A stretch of DNA of 64,000 bases from a virus (IMGVR_UViG_3300029142_000001:1-64000); one strand, 5' to 3'; positions 39,797-48,779 are shown, numbered from the stretch's first letter. Notes: a model not told the origin generated them from the letters alone. Numbers and translations: made by a program.

Positions 39797-40060
39797 ATGG
39801 AAAATACTCCGTACATTTTGATCAAGTCCGAAGATTTTATGTTTACATACATCAATTATAAGACACACGATGTTGTTGCTTTTAATTGGTTGTCAATAGT
39901 CATTGGCGGATTCATGCTGCTGTTTTGGCTGTATGTCCTTTTTGAATTTATGATCGTTCGGGTACAAGGAAATTCACATCTTATTGAAGAGGGGCAATTT
40001 CCTGTTTATGTGATGTTTTTCTTTCAAATTGTTTTGACAGTAGTATTAATTATTATGTGA
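39797..40060 (+). CDS. small membrane protein
   Basis: 87 aa with two TM-like segments. Confidence 0.45.
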   Translation: MENTPYILIKSEDFMFTYINYKTHDVVAFNWLSIVIGGFMLLFWLYVLFEFMIVRVQGNSHLIEEGQFPVYVMFFFQIVLTVVLIIM

Positions 40061-40072
40061 AAAGGTTTTGTA

Positions 40073-40669
40073 ATGGATAAAATGTTGGCAAAATGTTTTG
40101 AAATTTCGATGAAAGCTCATGAAGGTCAGACTCGAATTGGTGGGGGATCATATTTCTTTAATCATGTTTTGGAAGTATATGCTCGTGCAGTTGCGGCAAT
40201 TCCCGAAGAGTATGATGATTCATCGGAACTTCGACTTATTATTGGATGTATTGCTCTTCTTCATGATGTAGTAGAAGATTGTGAAGATTGGACCATTGGA
40301 AGAATTAAAAAAGAATTGTCGGGCATGGAACATTCCCAATCTGTTATTTTATTTACAAATGAAATGGATTTAAATCAATGGGTTCAAACCCAATATGATT
40401 CAAAAACCGATAAAATCGTGTATATGATGGAAAATTGTTCTAGATATACTGCTATTGTGAAGCTTGCAGATAGATTGTGTAACATCAAAACACTTCATGA
40501 ATTGGAACAATGGAATTCAACAAAGAAATATGATTATCTTATGGATGCAACGATTATTTGCCATAAAGCAGCTAAAAGATTTTATTATTTTGAACCTGTA
40601 TTGGCCTTATCTCTACACCTAAAAAGAGAGATTCGTAAGCAATTAACCCATTTGAATGGAGAGCAATAA
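40073..40669 (+). CDS. HD-domain (p)ppGpp hydrolase-like small alarmone hydrolase
   Basis: KAHEGQTRIGGGSYFFNHVLEV...ALLHDVVED matches the SpoT/Mesh1 HD hydrolase core (H...HD...ED). Confidence 0.55.
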   Translation: MDKMLAKCFEISMKAHEGQTRIGGGSYFFNHVLEVYARAVAAIPEEYDDSSELRLIIGCIALLHDVVEDCEDWTIGRIKKELSGMEHSQSVILFTNEMDLNQWVQTQYDSKTDKIVYMMENCSRYTAIVKLADRLCNIKTLHELEQWNSTKKYDYLMDATIICHKAAKRFYYFEPVLALSLHLKREIRKQLTHLNGEQ

Positions 40670-41141
40670 TATGTTTGATGGATATGTGAGTATAGAAAAA
40701 GAAACTCTAAGAAATGTGTGTCTCAAAAGAATTAAAATTGAAGAAAACAGAGCCATAGAAAAGAATAGAGAATCCTTAGAATCTCAAAGAATGTATATTG
40801 GTTCTAATCCAAGATTTATGATTGGAAACCGTGGATTCTTTTTTAGAACATGGACACAAGAAACCATTGAAGAAGTTGAAACTCGACTCAAGAAAGAAGC
40901 AAAAGATTCTGAAAAATATGTACGAAGAAGATCTGCTTATCATAATAATAGATCACATTTGTCACTCAAACAAAATTGTTGGGATTGGTTTAATCGCAAT
41001 ATATTTTTTGATACTACGATCAATTATAGAAAAGAATTCTTTTTGGCAAAAAGATATCTTAAAATTGCTAAAAGTGCAAATGCACTAGAACCAATTTACA
41101 TCTCAGCAAATGATTTTGATTTACTTAATATAGATCTTTGA
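40656..41141 (+). CDS. hypothetical protein
   Basis: 161-aa ORF. Confidence 0.4.
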   Translation: MESNNMFDGYVSIEKETLRNVCLKRIKIEENRAIEKNRESLESQRMYIGSNPRFMIGNRGFFFRTWTQETIEEVETRLKKEAKDSEKYVRRRSAYHNNRSHLSLKQNCWDWFNRNIFFDTTINYRKEFFLAKRYLKIAKSANALEPIYISANDFDLLNIDL

Positions 41142-42288
41142 CCTGATCATATTTCAAAACATAATCACCAGTAATTACTTCTTCCGCATCATATTCAATG
41201 AGCGGAAGATTTTTTAATCTCCTGGAATTTACTTTTGTGGTTTCATAGAATCTATCCATAAATTGATCTGTCATTTCTGCATTTGGATTCCAGAATGAAG
41301 AATCTGGATTCCAAAGAATCATAGTATCAATCCCCATATGGAATAGATGTTTATGCATAGCAGTCCACAATGCAATTTCTTTAGACATATCTTCTTTTCT
41401 TGTCCATGAATTTTTTCCATATCTTCCATATCCTGGTGGAGCAATCCAAGGCACTACAATTCCATTATCCGCACATTGTCTGCATATATTTAATTGGAAA
41501 ATAAAGAAATTCCATCTGGGATTCTTTGTATAATCTTTGAAAAAATGTTCAGATGGTTTATCAAAGTAAAATATTGGAGAAGACCGAGAAGTGACAGAAT
41601 CTGCTCTTACTCTCCAATTTGTATCTGTATACATCACATCAGTTAAATTTAAATCTGCATAGTTAGAGTGTGGAATGCTTTTACCGAACATTGGAAACAT
41701 TGGTCGATTAAATATTCTTCGAATAGCATCGGCGGTTTCATCAATGATATGATCGTTGTAATCGTTAATTGCAATTCGTGTTTCCGGATTTGTTATGTTG
41801 AAAAAATCTTCAAATTGTACATTTCGTACAGATTCTGGAAGCTTTCTCATGGCATCAGAATCATCGAAAATAGAACGAAAAAAATCTTCTCTTTGATTTC
41901 CTTTAGGAATATTCCAATAAAGTGGAGAATCTTCAAAATCATGAATAAAATAATCTGGGGATATGTTTAATTGAACAAGATGCCAAATGTAATCTCTCCA
42001 ATATTGCCAAACTCCATCAATAAATGGTCCATTTTTAATAAATTCTGCTGGATTTGATCTGTCAAATGAATATCTCAATCCAGGAACATTGAATTCTTTC
42101 CAGAATCGTAGCCCTATTTTATTGGGTTGAATTTCTTCTATTTTTTGCTTGGTATCGTTAGCAAGCTGTTCGGGTGTCTTGTTTCGAGGATCTACAACGA
42201 TTGATTCAGACATATTTTCGAATTTTTCTTCACTGGATCTCATCCATGTGTATACTGTTAGGTCTTTGGTAAGCATATATTCCTCCAA
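41125..42288 (-). CDS. hypothetical protein (opposite-strand insert)
   Basis: 387-aa minus-strand ORF embedded in a plus-strand region; Trp/Asp-rich, no motif recognised. Confidence 0.5.
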   Translation of the reverse strand: MEEYMLTKDLTVYTWMRSSEEKFENMSESIVVDPRNKTPEQLANDTKQKIEEIQPNKIGLRFWKEFNVPGLRYSFDRSNPAEFIKNGPFIDGVWQYWRDYIWHLVQLNISPDYFIHDFEDSPLYWNIPKGNQREDFFRSIFDDSDAMRKLPESVRNVQFEDFFNITNPETRIAINDYNDHIIDETADAIRRIFNRPMFPMFGKSIPHSNYADLNLTDVMYTDTNWRVRADSVTSRSSPIFYFDKPSEHFFKDYTKNPRWNFFIFQLNICRQCADNGIVVPWIAPPGYGRYGKNSWTRKEDMSKEIALWTAMHKHLFHMGIDTMILWNPDSSFWNPNAEMTDQFMDRFYETTKVNSRRLKNLPLIEYDAEEVITGDYVLKYDQVKDLY

Positions 42289-42305
42289 TTTTATTTAGGA
42301 AATTG

Positions 42306-42334
42306 CTTGACTTTAATAAAATAAGGGATATAAT
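42306..42334 (+). promoter_or_regulatory. promoter (TTGACTTT-17-TATAAT)
   Basis: -35 at 42306-42311, -10 at 42329-42334, AAAGGAG RBS. Confidence 0.55.
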
Positions 42335-42353
42335 GTTTTAAAGGAGAATCTCT

Positions 42354-42620
42354 ATGTGGAAATTTTTTAAGAGATTTCAAACGCGAGATCTTATTCGAGA
42401 GAACATCGAAAATATCGATCCATCTGATTTTGAACTGCAACTTGTAGAACTTAAAGCTGGTTTTTTGGAAGATTGTAGATTTGATAAGAGAGGGTATCAT
42501 CATACCAAATATTTCATTTTTAAGTATTCTGGTCATATCGTTCTTATGATTAATGGAGTTCAGGAACGAGTAGATGAGCCCTGGTTGGTTAACTATTACG
42601 AGAGAATTATTGCATCATAG
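42354..42620 (+). CDS. hypothetical protein
   Basis: 88-aa ORF after the promoter. Confidence 0.45.
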   Translation: MWKFFKRFQTRDLIRENIENIDPSDFELQLVELKAGFLEDCRFDKRGYHHTKYFIFKYSGHIVLMINGVQERVDEPWLVNYYERIIAS

Positions 42621-42633
42621 TAAAGGAATAAAA

Positions 42634-43845
42634 ATGCAGCATGTAGTTTACGATAAGAATTCTGGAATGCGTGTTCCTGTCAAGGTTTGGACCAAGGATT
42701 ATGAACGGTCAGCACTTGAACAAGCAATGAATGTTGCTCGTCTTCCGTTTATTCATAGTCATGTTGCACTTATGCCTGATACACATTTTGGGTATGGTGT
42801 TCCTATTGGATCCGTTGTTCCCTGTGATGGTTATGTGATTCCCAACGCGGTTGGAGTTGATATCGGATGTGGTATGTGTGCTGTGAACACTCGTATTCAT
42901 CTAGGGGATTTTAGTGATTCTGATATTGATACTCTTTTCAATACATTGAAGACTAGAATTCCTGTTGGTTCAAACTGGCATAAGTCAGATGAATATACTG
43001 CATTGCGATTCGATGAAACCGCTAATGAATTGGCAGATATTTTTGGTCGATATGATCCTGTTGGAAAGAAGCCAATCGATGAAAATTCTTTGGTTCGAAT
43101 GTCTGGAACACTCGGAGATGGAAATCATTTCGTTGAGCTTCAGATTGATGAACACAAGAATATTTGGATCATGATTCATTCGGGATCAAGAGCTTTTGGT
43201 GCATCTATCGCAGATCATTATCATCGTCTTGCAAAGAGAATGTGTGAGCTATACCATAGTGACCTTCCTACGCTTGATCTTGCATATCTTCCTGTGAATT
43301 CCGAAGAAGGACAGGGATATATCCAGGCAATGAATCTTGCTTTGGAATTTGCATATCTTAACCGACGAGTAATGATGCTCAATGTGTTGGAAGTGCTGAG
43401 AAGTATGATTCATGGGGCTCCTATGATGGATGAAATGATTAACATCCACCATAACTATGCAGCCATTGAAAATCACAGAGGAAAGAATGTGTGGGTGCAT
43501 AGAAAGGGAGCAACTTCTGCCCGAGAAAATCAGATTGGAATTATTCCTGGATCTATGTGTACCAAGTCGTACATTGTAAGAGGAAAGGGAGATGGTCATT
43601 CCTTTATGTCTTGTTCTCATGGATCGGGTAGAAACTTCAGTCGAAAGGAAGCAAAGAGACGAATTGATGATGGAATTGATCCTTCTCAGGAAGATCAGTT
43701 GAACGGAGTCAAGGTTTTTGGAGCTTCGGATGTTCGTGATGAAGTTTCATCGGCATATAAGAATGTGGAAGATGTCATGGGATATCAGACAGATTTGGTT
43801 GAAATTTTGCATGAATTGCGTCCTCTGGCAGTTCTAAAGGGTTAA
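42634..43845 (+). CDS. rtcB: RNA-splicing ligase RtcB
   Basis: MPDTHFGYGVPIG, GVDIGCGM, GDGNHF, HSGSRAFG, NIHHNY, CSHGSGR motifs of the RtcB family; start at 42634 after AAAGGAATAAAA. Confidence 0.85.
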   Translation: MQHVVYDKNSGMRVPVKVWTKDYERSALEQAMNVARLPFIHSHVALMPDTHFGYGVPIGSVVPCDGYVIPNAVGVDIGCGMCAVNTRIHLGDFSDSDIDTLFNTLKTRIPVGSNWHKSDEYTALRFDETANELADIFGRYDPVGKKPIDENSLVRMSGTLGDGNHFVELQIDEHKNIWIMIHSGSRAFGASIADHYHRLAKRMCELYHSDLPTLDLAYLPVNSEEGQGYIQAMNLALEFAYLNRRVMMLNVLEVLRSMIHGAPMMDEMINIHHNYAAIENHRGKNVWVHRKGATSARENQIGIIPGSMCTKSYIVRGKGDGHSFMSCSHGSGRNFSRKEAKRRIDDGIDPSQEDQLNGVKVFGASDVRDEVSSAYKNVEDVMGYQTDLVEILHELRPLAVLKG

Positions 43846-43898
43846 ACCCATATAAGATGTGGAATGAAAGTTTCACATCTTTTTTGAAAGGAAGAAAA

Positions 43899-44090
43899 AT
43901 GGAACAATATCATACATATGCAACAGAAGATCTTGTAGAAATTATTGAAACATCAGAATTTCAAAATATCAATGCTATTGCCGCTCTATGCGGAAGGGCT
44001 TTAGAGCTTGAAGATGAGCTTTTTGATTATCGAGATGATGAGGATCCGGAATGGGATAATACAGAAGCTTCGTATCCTCCAATTTTTTAA
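43899..44090 (+). CDS. small acidic protein
   Basis: 63 aa after GAAAGGAAGAAAA RBS. Confidence 0.4.
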   Translation: MEQYHTYATEDLVEIIETSEFQNINAIAALCGRALELEDELFDYRDDEDPEWDNTEASYPPIF

Positions 44091-44107
44091 ATTTTATTCA
44101 AAATCCC

Positions 44108-44136
44108 TTGACTTTTACATGTTTTACTGCTATACT
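44108..44136 (+). promoter_or_regulatory. promoter cassette (TTGACTTT-17-TATACT), third near-copy
   Basis: cccttgacttttacatgttttactgctatact matches the cassettes at 38154 and 38903. Confidence 0.6.
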
Positions 44137-44171
44137 TGTCTTAGGGAATAGCCCCTCAAAGGAGAATTGAA

Positions 44172-44444
44172 ATGACTACTGAAAATGTTGCTCAGAAAAT
44201 GATGGAAGTAAATGCTCATACTCGCTTGGTAAATCACACTAATGCAATTGCACATAGACTTGAACAAATTGCTGAAGATATTCGACGCGAAGCGGATATT
44301 TTTGAAAAAGATATTGAAGGAAATCATATTGTGGGGGTTTCTCAAGTTCAAGCTTTGGTTATTCAAGGAATTGCAAATGTGGGATTGGATAATCTCCCTA
44401 TTCTAGCTAATGAAGTGATTGAAGTTCTAAAAATGAGATCTTGA
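44172..44444 (+). CDS. hypothetical early protein
   Basis: 90-aa ORF with AAAGGAGAATTGAA RBS. Confidence 0.5.
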   Translation: MTTENVAQKMMEVNAHTRLVNHTNAIAHRLEQIAEDIRREADIFEKDIEGNHIVGVSQVQALVIQGIANVGLDNLPILANEVIEVLKMRS

Positions 44445-44463
44445 TTTTTATTTTGAAAATAGC

Positions 44464-44492
44464 TTGACTTTTAAATGATTTTACCGTATAAT
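44464..44492 (+). promoter_or_regulatory. promoter (TTGACTTT-17-TATAAT)
   Basis: -35 at 44464-44469, -10 at 44487-44492. Confidence 0.55.
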
Positions 44493-44534
44493 TAATTGAA
44501 CACTAAAAAGGGCAAAAGCCCAGGAGAATTGAAA

Positions 44535-44873
44535 ATGATTGATGAAACTCGTATTGATGAATTTGTTGTGGAATGGAATAACGCTCGCCAAGATATTGGA
44601 ATGTCACCCGTCACTTCTCGGCGTGGATACAAGTACACTCGCGTCTTGGACAATGAAGGAACGACTCTTGGATTTGTCGATAATTCCACTGGAGATGTTC
44701 TGAAGGCAGCTTCGAATGCAGCACCCGCAACCAACCATGTTCGTGGATCTGCAACCAACCCGGCATCTGATATGCTTGTTGATGGAGCAATTCCCCATCT
44801 CAAGCGTGGTCGTCGTCCCCGTGGTGAAACCGTGGAAGTTGTTGAAGTCGAATCGCCTGAAAGCGTTGCATAA
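44535..44873 (+). CDS. small protein with AT-hook-like motif, GC-rich coding
   Basis: Start after CAGGAGAATTGAAA RBS; KRGRRPRGE resembles an AT-hook; local GC much higher than surroundings. Confidence 0.45.
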   Translation: MIDETRIDEFVVEWNNARQDIGMSPVTSRRGYKYTRVLDNEGTTLGFVDNSTGDVLKAASNAAPATNHVRGSATNPASDMLVDGAIPHLKRGRRPRGETVEVVEVESPESVA

Positions 44874-44936
44874 ACACAACAAGAAAGTAGCCATGAAACA
44901 CTGACTACTTTCTTTTTACAATTCGGAGAAATTTGT

Positions 44937-45239
44937 ATGAAGTATAAAATTAGACGATTAAGAATTTTGTTGATCGCATTTATAGGAATTTTTATTGGAT
45001 TGTTGGTGACTTCAATTATAATAAATAATTCTATCAATAATGAGGTTGACAAGCAGATCAGAAGTTTGTATGATATCAGAGGCAATTCCATGTTTACCGA
45101 TATTGTTTTTATGACTGATAAGCAGAAGGAATTGTACGCGGAAGAATTGGCTAATACTTATGTTAAGGAATCATGGACTAATCAGAACTGGCTGTTTAGG
45201 ACTGTATTTAAAGAAAAATTCGAGAGAGAAGTTTTTTAA
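44937..45239 (+). CDS. membrane protein
   Basis: N-terminal TM helix LLIAFIGIFIGLLVTSIII. Confidence 0.45.
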   Translation: MKYKIRRLRILLIAFIGIFIGLLVTSIIINNSINNEVDKQIRSLYDIRGNSMFTDIVFMTDKQKELYAEELANTYVKESWTNQNWLFRTVFKEKFEREVF

Positions 45240-45252
45240 GGAGATTTTTAGT

Positions 45253-45573
45253 ATGAAGAAGTGTTTGAGTATTGTTCTTGGTCTTGGTATTCTTTTTGGA
45301 ATGGGGTGTAATCGTGTTGAACGCATTGGATCAGTTGGTGAACAGAGTTTCTATGTTGTCCGTTCAAGTGCATTTGAAGGTCCAAATGTTGCTGCACTAT
45401 ACACAGATGACGGTACTCCCGGATCTCTTTCTATCGTTGGTACATTTGCAGCAGATGGTGTTCTGAATGCGGCTGTACAAGCTGGTGGGGCTGTAGCGGC
45501 AGCAGAGGTTCAGGATGCAGATACAACCGAAGTTCGATTGCTTAATCGTGCTGCACCACCGCCCCGTCCATAA
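45253..45573 (+). CDS. small lipoprotein
   Basis: MKKCLSIVLGLGILFGMGC lipobox; GC-rich Ala/Pro-rich tail. Confidence 0.5.
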   Translation: MKKCLSIVLGLGILFGMGCNRVERIGSVGEQSFYVVRSSAFEGPNVAALYTDDGTPGSLSIVGTFAADGVLNAAVQAGGAVAAAEVQDADTTEVRLLNRAAPPPRP

Positions 45574-45579
45574 ATCTTA

Positions 45580-45608
45580 AAACGAAATGTATCACTTCAG
45601 TTTCGTTT
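45580..45608 (+). terminator. hairpin terminator (weak T-run)
   Basis: aaacgaaa / tttcgttt 8-bp stem with 13-nt loop. Confidence 0.35.
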
Positions 45609-45653
45609 ATGCTCTGGAAACAGGGCATTTTCGATTATACAAAGGGAGATTTT

Positions 45654-46166
45654 ATGAGAAAAGACATTATTGATCTAGCAAAAAGATTAAATCGTAGATG
45701 TGAGATGGCTGGTGATGGATATTCTTACGAACATATTCGCACAGAACCAGATGGATCTCCAATAGAAGGATATGATCTAGAACTCGATATGAGAATTCTT
45801 TCTGCTTTAGAGAAATATCTTATTTCCCAGGATTCTGTCAGAGAAGATATTTTTGATCATATCAATCAAGAACGACTTCGACAAGATCAAAAATGGGGTG
45901 TCCAAAGACATCCATTTATTTATTCTAATTCTCAAAGACTTAAAGATATCTTTGATTATTATGGATTAATCGATCCAGGAAAAGCTAAACATCAATGCGA
46001 TAGTCGTGCTGATAATGGAACATTGACCTGGACAGATATTCTTTATGAGGAATTTACAGAATGGGTAGAATCTGTCCATAATAAATCGAAAGAGGAACAA
46101 AGAGAAGAATTAATTCAGCTTGTAGCGGTTGCAGTTGCTGCATTAGAACAGCTTGACAAAGAATAA
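45654..46166 (+). CDS. MazG-like nucleotide pyrophosphohydrolase (dATP/dGTP PPase-like, putative)
   Basis: NQERLRQDQKWGVQRHP resembles the ERxRQxxKWG motif of phage all-alpha NTP pyrophosphohydrolases. Confidence 0.4.
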   Translation: MRKDIIDLAKRLNRRCEMAGDGYSYEHIRTEPDGSPIEGYDLELDMRILSALEKYLISQDSVREDIFDHINQERLRQDQKWGVQRHPFIYSNSQRLKDIFDYYGLIDPGKAKHQCDSRADNGTLTWTDILYEEFTEWVESVHNKSKEEQREELIQLVAVAVAALEQLDKE

Positions 46167-46180
46167 TACTTCTATATAAT
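46153..46180 (+). promoter_or_regulatory. promoter for the tRNA cluster (TTGACA-16-TATAAT)
   Basis: -35 at 46153-46158, -10 at 46175-46180, first tRNA begins 46188. Confidence 0.55.
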
Positions 46181-46187
46181 GATAGTA

Positions 46188-46260
46188 GGGGGATTGGTGA
46201 AACTGGATATCATGAAAGACTACGAATCTTTTGTTCCGAGTTCGAATCTCGGGTTCCCCG
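46188..46260 (+). tRNA. tRNA-Arg (anticodon ACG)
   Basis: Acceptor GGGGGAT/GTTCCCC (2 GU), AC stem aaaga/tcttt loop ctACGaa, T-arm ccgag-ttcgaat-ctcgg; D-arm not cleanly resolved. Confidence 0.55.
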
Positions 46261-46268
46261 TTTAAACT

Positions 46269-46352
46269 GGAAGAGAACCGGCTGGATCAGGAGCCTGTCT
46301 TGAAAACAGGTAGGGTTAATAGCCCTTGGGGGTTCGAGTCCCCCCTCTTCCG
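46269..46352 (+). tRNA. tRNA-Ser (anticodon TGA), class II
   Basis: Acceptor ggaagag/ctcttcc, AC stem cctgt/acagg loop ctTGAaa, long variable arm, T-arm ggggg-ttcgagt-ccccc. Confidence 0.7.
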
Positions 46353-46374
46353 CTTCTATTTAAAGGAGAAAAAT

Positions 46375-46572
46375 ATGAAAATTTTAGCAGTTTTAGTGTT
46401 TTGCTTGTTTGTTCTTTCTGGATGTTCAACATCTAGTACAGATGTTTCCCAGGTTGATGACTCCGGAGTATCATTAACCGTGGTTAATCCAGATACAGGC
46501 ATTCAAGAAACACTTCGTTTCGATTCTAAAAGAGAAGCAGATGAATACATGTCGGGATTGTATTCAGATTAA
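46375..46572 (+). CDS. small secreted/lipoprotein
   Basis: MKILAVLVFCLFVLSGC signal/lipobox after TAAAGGAGAAAAAT RBS. Confidence 0.5.
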   Translation: MKILAVLVFCLFVLSGCSTSSTDVSQVDDSGVSLTVVNPDTGIQETLRFDSKREADEYMSGLYSD

Positions 46573-46593
46573 TTTTTTCAAAAAGGAAGAAAA

Positions 46594-47436
46594 ATGCACA
46601 GACTAATTTCGTTGATACTATTTTGCATCGTATGTTTAAGCATAGGTACAAGTTCAGCATTTGCAAGTGGAGATTATCCGTATCCATATACAGGACCAAG
46701 TGATGGTCAGTCTGGATATGGATATGTTCCTGAACATCACTACGATCCAGGAACAGGAAATGGACCTACAGATCCATATACTATTTTCCTTTTGGAAATG
46801 ATTAATGGAGCAGATGAATATGAAGAAGTAAGCAAGAAGAATTTGTCTCTTTGTTTATTCTTTGCAACTACTCCGTATGAAAGATTGCAATGCATCATCG
46901 GCCATGCAAGTAACGATCGAATCGAAGCAGAAAAACACCATGCTTGGATGCAAAGACGAGACAATTACATGCAATTTTTATTCTGTAGATGTATGGAAAA
47001 TGCAGGAGATTTTGGTACATGTAACGATAAGTATCCAACACATCCAAACGATCCTACATGGTACCCAACTCCATCATATTGTGATGGACTAGATGAGGCA
47101 ACTTGCCCTGAATGGGATCCAGATGCTGGTGAAGATGGTTTCGGTGGTTGTGTGGGTCAAGGAGAAGGAGATTGGGATTGGCTTGAAAATCTGAATTACC
47201 CAGTTGGTGATCCAGAAAGCAATGACGGATTCGATTCTTGGACACAAGAAATGCACGATGTTTATGAGGACTGGAGAGTTTCAGTTGCAACAAACATGAG
47301 AGATTTCTATACAGATATTGAAAACGGAGAAACTCTTGAAGATGCAATCGTTTTCTTTTACATTGCATATGATGCTGATACAAGTGCTTTTATCTCATCA
47401 TTTTACGCAGAAGTTATCGCATCTGGTAACTATTAA
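46594..47436 (+). CDS. secreted cysteine-rich protein
   Basis: Signal peptide MHRLISLILFCIVCLSIGTSSAFA; acidic, Cys-rich mature region. Confidence 0.5.
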   Translation: MHRLISLILFCIVCLSIGTSSAFASGDYPYPYTGPSDGQSGYGYVPEHHYDPGTGNGPTDPYTIFLLEMINGADEYEEVSKKNLSLCLFFATTPYERLQCIIGHASNDRIEAEKHHAWMQRRDNYMQFLFCRCMENAGDFGTCNDKYPTHPNDPTWYPTPSYCDGLDEATCPEWDPDAGEDGFGGCVGQGEGDWDWLENLNYPVGDPESNDGFDSWTQEMHDVYEDWRVSVATNMRDFYTDIENGETLEDAIVFFYIAYDADTSAFISSFYAEVIASGNY

Positions 47437-47466
47437 GTATAAACACATTGCCCTATAAGGGCAATT

Positions 47467-47551
47467 GGAAGATAATCCCCGATGGTGAAGGGCCTCGCTT
47501 GGAAAGTGAGTGGAGCTTAATAGGCTTCTGGTTCGATTCCAGTATCTTCCG
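47467..47551 (+). tRNA. tRNA-Ser (anticodon GGA), class II
   Basis: Acceptor ggaagat/atcttcc, AC stem ctcgc/gtgag loop ttGGAaa, long variable arm, T-loop ttcgatt. Confidence 0.6.
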
Positions 47552-47580
47552 TTTTTAAAATCTCATTTTAAATAAAATCT

Positions 47581-47669
47581 GGAAAGTAGGCAACTATCGG
47601 TTCGTTGCACCACCCTGCTAAGGTGGCGTATTCTTCGGAGTACTAAGGGTTCGAGTCCCTTACTTTCCG
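47581..47669 (+). tRNA. tRNA-Ser (anticodon GCT), class II
   Basis: Acceptor ggaaagt/actttcc, AC stem ccacc/ggtgg loop ctGCTaa, long variable arm, T-arm aaggg-ttcgagt-ccctt. Confidence 0.65.
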
Positions 47670-47675
47670 CTTAAC

Positions 47676-47749
47676 ATTCCTGTAACTCAATTGGCCAGAG
47701 TGCTTGCTCGACATGCAAGTGGTTCCCAGTTCGAATCTGGGCAGGAATA
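47676..47749 (+). tRNA. tRNA-Val (anticodon GAC)
   Basis: Acceptor attcctg/caggaat, D actc/gagt, AC cttgc/gcaag loop tcGACat, T-arm cccag-ttcgaat-ctggg. Confidence 0.7.
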
Positions 47750-47762
47750 TTTTGAAAATTAC

Positions 47763-47790
47763 TTGACTTCCTCGAAATATCTCCTATAAT
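47763..47790 (+). promoter_or_regulatory. promoter (TTGACTTc-16-TATAAT)
   Basis: -35 at 47763-47768, -10 at 47785-47790. Confidence 0.55.
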
Positions 47791-47827
47791 GTATTATAAT
47801 GTATGTAAAGACTTGAATGGAGTTAAA

Positions 47828-48022
47828 ATGGTAGATCCTGTCATGGCTTTAATTATTTTGGGTGTAGGAATTTTATATTGTGTTATTCGTATTGCAACGA
47901 ATTCGCCCGAAAGAATGTATAAAATTCAGAAAAAAGCCTTCGAAAGACAGAAACGAACTGATGAAGCTTTTGCTTCATATTTGGGTGAATATTACAAAAT
48001 TAAAAATGATGTGTACAAGTAA
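47828..48022 (+). CDS. small membrane protein
   Basis: 64 aa, N-terminal TM helix. Confidence 0.45.
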   Translation: MVDPVMALIILGVGILYCVIRIATNSPERMYKIQKKAFERQKRTDEAFASYLGEYYKIKNDVYK

Positions 48023-48037
48023 TTATAGGAATTTATA

Positions 48038-48256
48038 ATGGAATTTGATCTTGAAAAAGTAATTGAAGAAATCATTGTTGGTAATTCAAATGGAATCAAA
48101 TATACTGCATTGATTGCAGAAGTTCTCGATATCGCACAATCTTCCGGAGCTATTGTAACTCTCGATGAGATCGAAAATGCTGTTACATCAAAGTATACTT
48201 ATCTCAAATACACATTCCAAGGGCGGGAAAAGTGGTTTGTTTTTAAGAATAGTTAA
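48038..48256 (+). CDS. hypothetical protein
   Basis: 72-aa ORF. Confidence 0.4.
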   Translation: MEFDLEKVIEEIIVGNSNGIKYTALIAEVLDIAQSSGAIVTLDEIENAVTSKYTYLKYTFQGREKWFVFKNS

Positions 48257-48268
48257 ACGGAGTATATC

Positions 48269-48727
48269 ATGAATACAATCAATGAATTCACAGATGAAGA
48301 ACTTCAGCAAGAACTTGATCGAAGAAAGATTCAAGCTGCTTGTGAAGAAACTCTAAAAAAGTTGAAGGAATGGGGAAATCCTTATGGAGTGTGGAGGATT
48401 TCAACAGAAGGTGATTGTGAAGGGCGTACAGTAAATGTTCTTGCAACTCGAAAAGGCCATATTGCTGATCTTGCAAGAATCTATGAGAGGGATAAGATGT
48501 ACACTCTCACATTCACAAAAATTGATTTGGATGAAGATGATATTGTAGATACGCCTTCAGAAAAAGGTTCATTCTCTCTTAATTATCACACTTTTCCATC
48601 AGAAGTTGGAGGACATCATCTTGCAATGAGTCAAAAAGTTCATATTGTACAAGAATGGATTGGACCTAATTTTATTGTAGAGAGTTATGAACGAGGATCT
48701 TTTATTGTTAGTAAGAAAAAAACATAG
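48269..48727 (+). CDS. hypothetical protein
   Basis: 152-aa ORF. Confidence 0.45.
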   Translation: MNTINEFTDEELQQELDRRKIQAACEETLKKLKEWGNPYGVWRISTEGDCEGRTVNVLATRKGHIADLARIYERDKMYTLTFTKIDLDEDDIVDTPSEKGSFSLNYHTFPSEVGGHHLAMSQKVHIVQEWIGPNFIVESYERGSFIVSKKKT

Positions 48728-48779
48728 TTTAAAATAATATGAAAGCCTTCATTTTCCTATATAACTATAGGAGAGTGAA

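Noticed and set aside
44492-45091. 199-aa minus-strand ORF
   Set aside because: It is antisense to two plus-strand genes with good RBSs, in a GC-rich patch where long spurious ORFs are expected.
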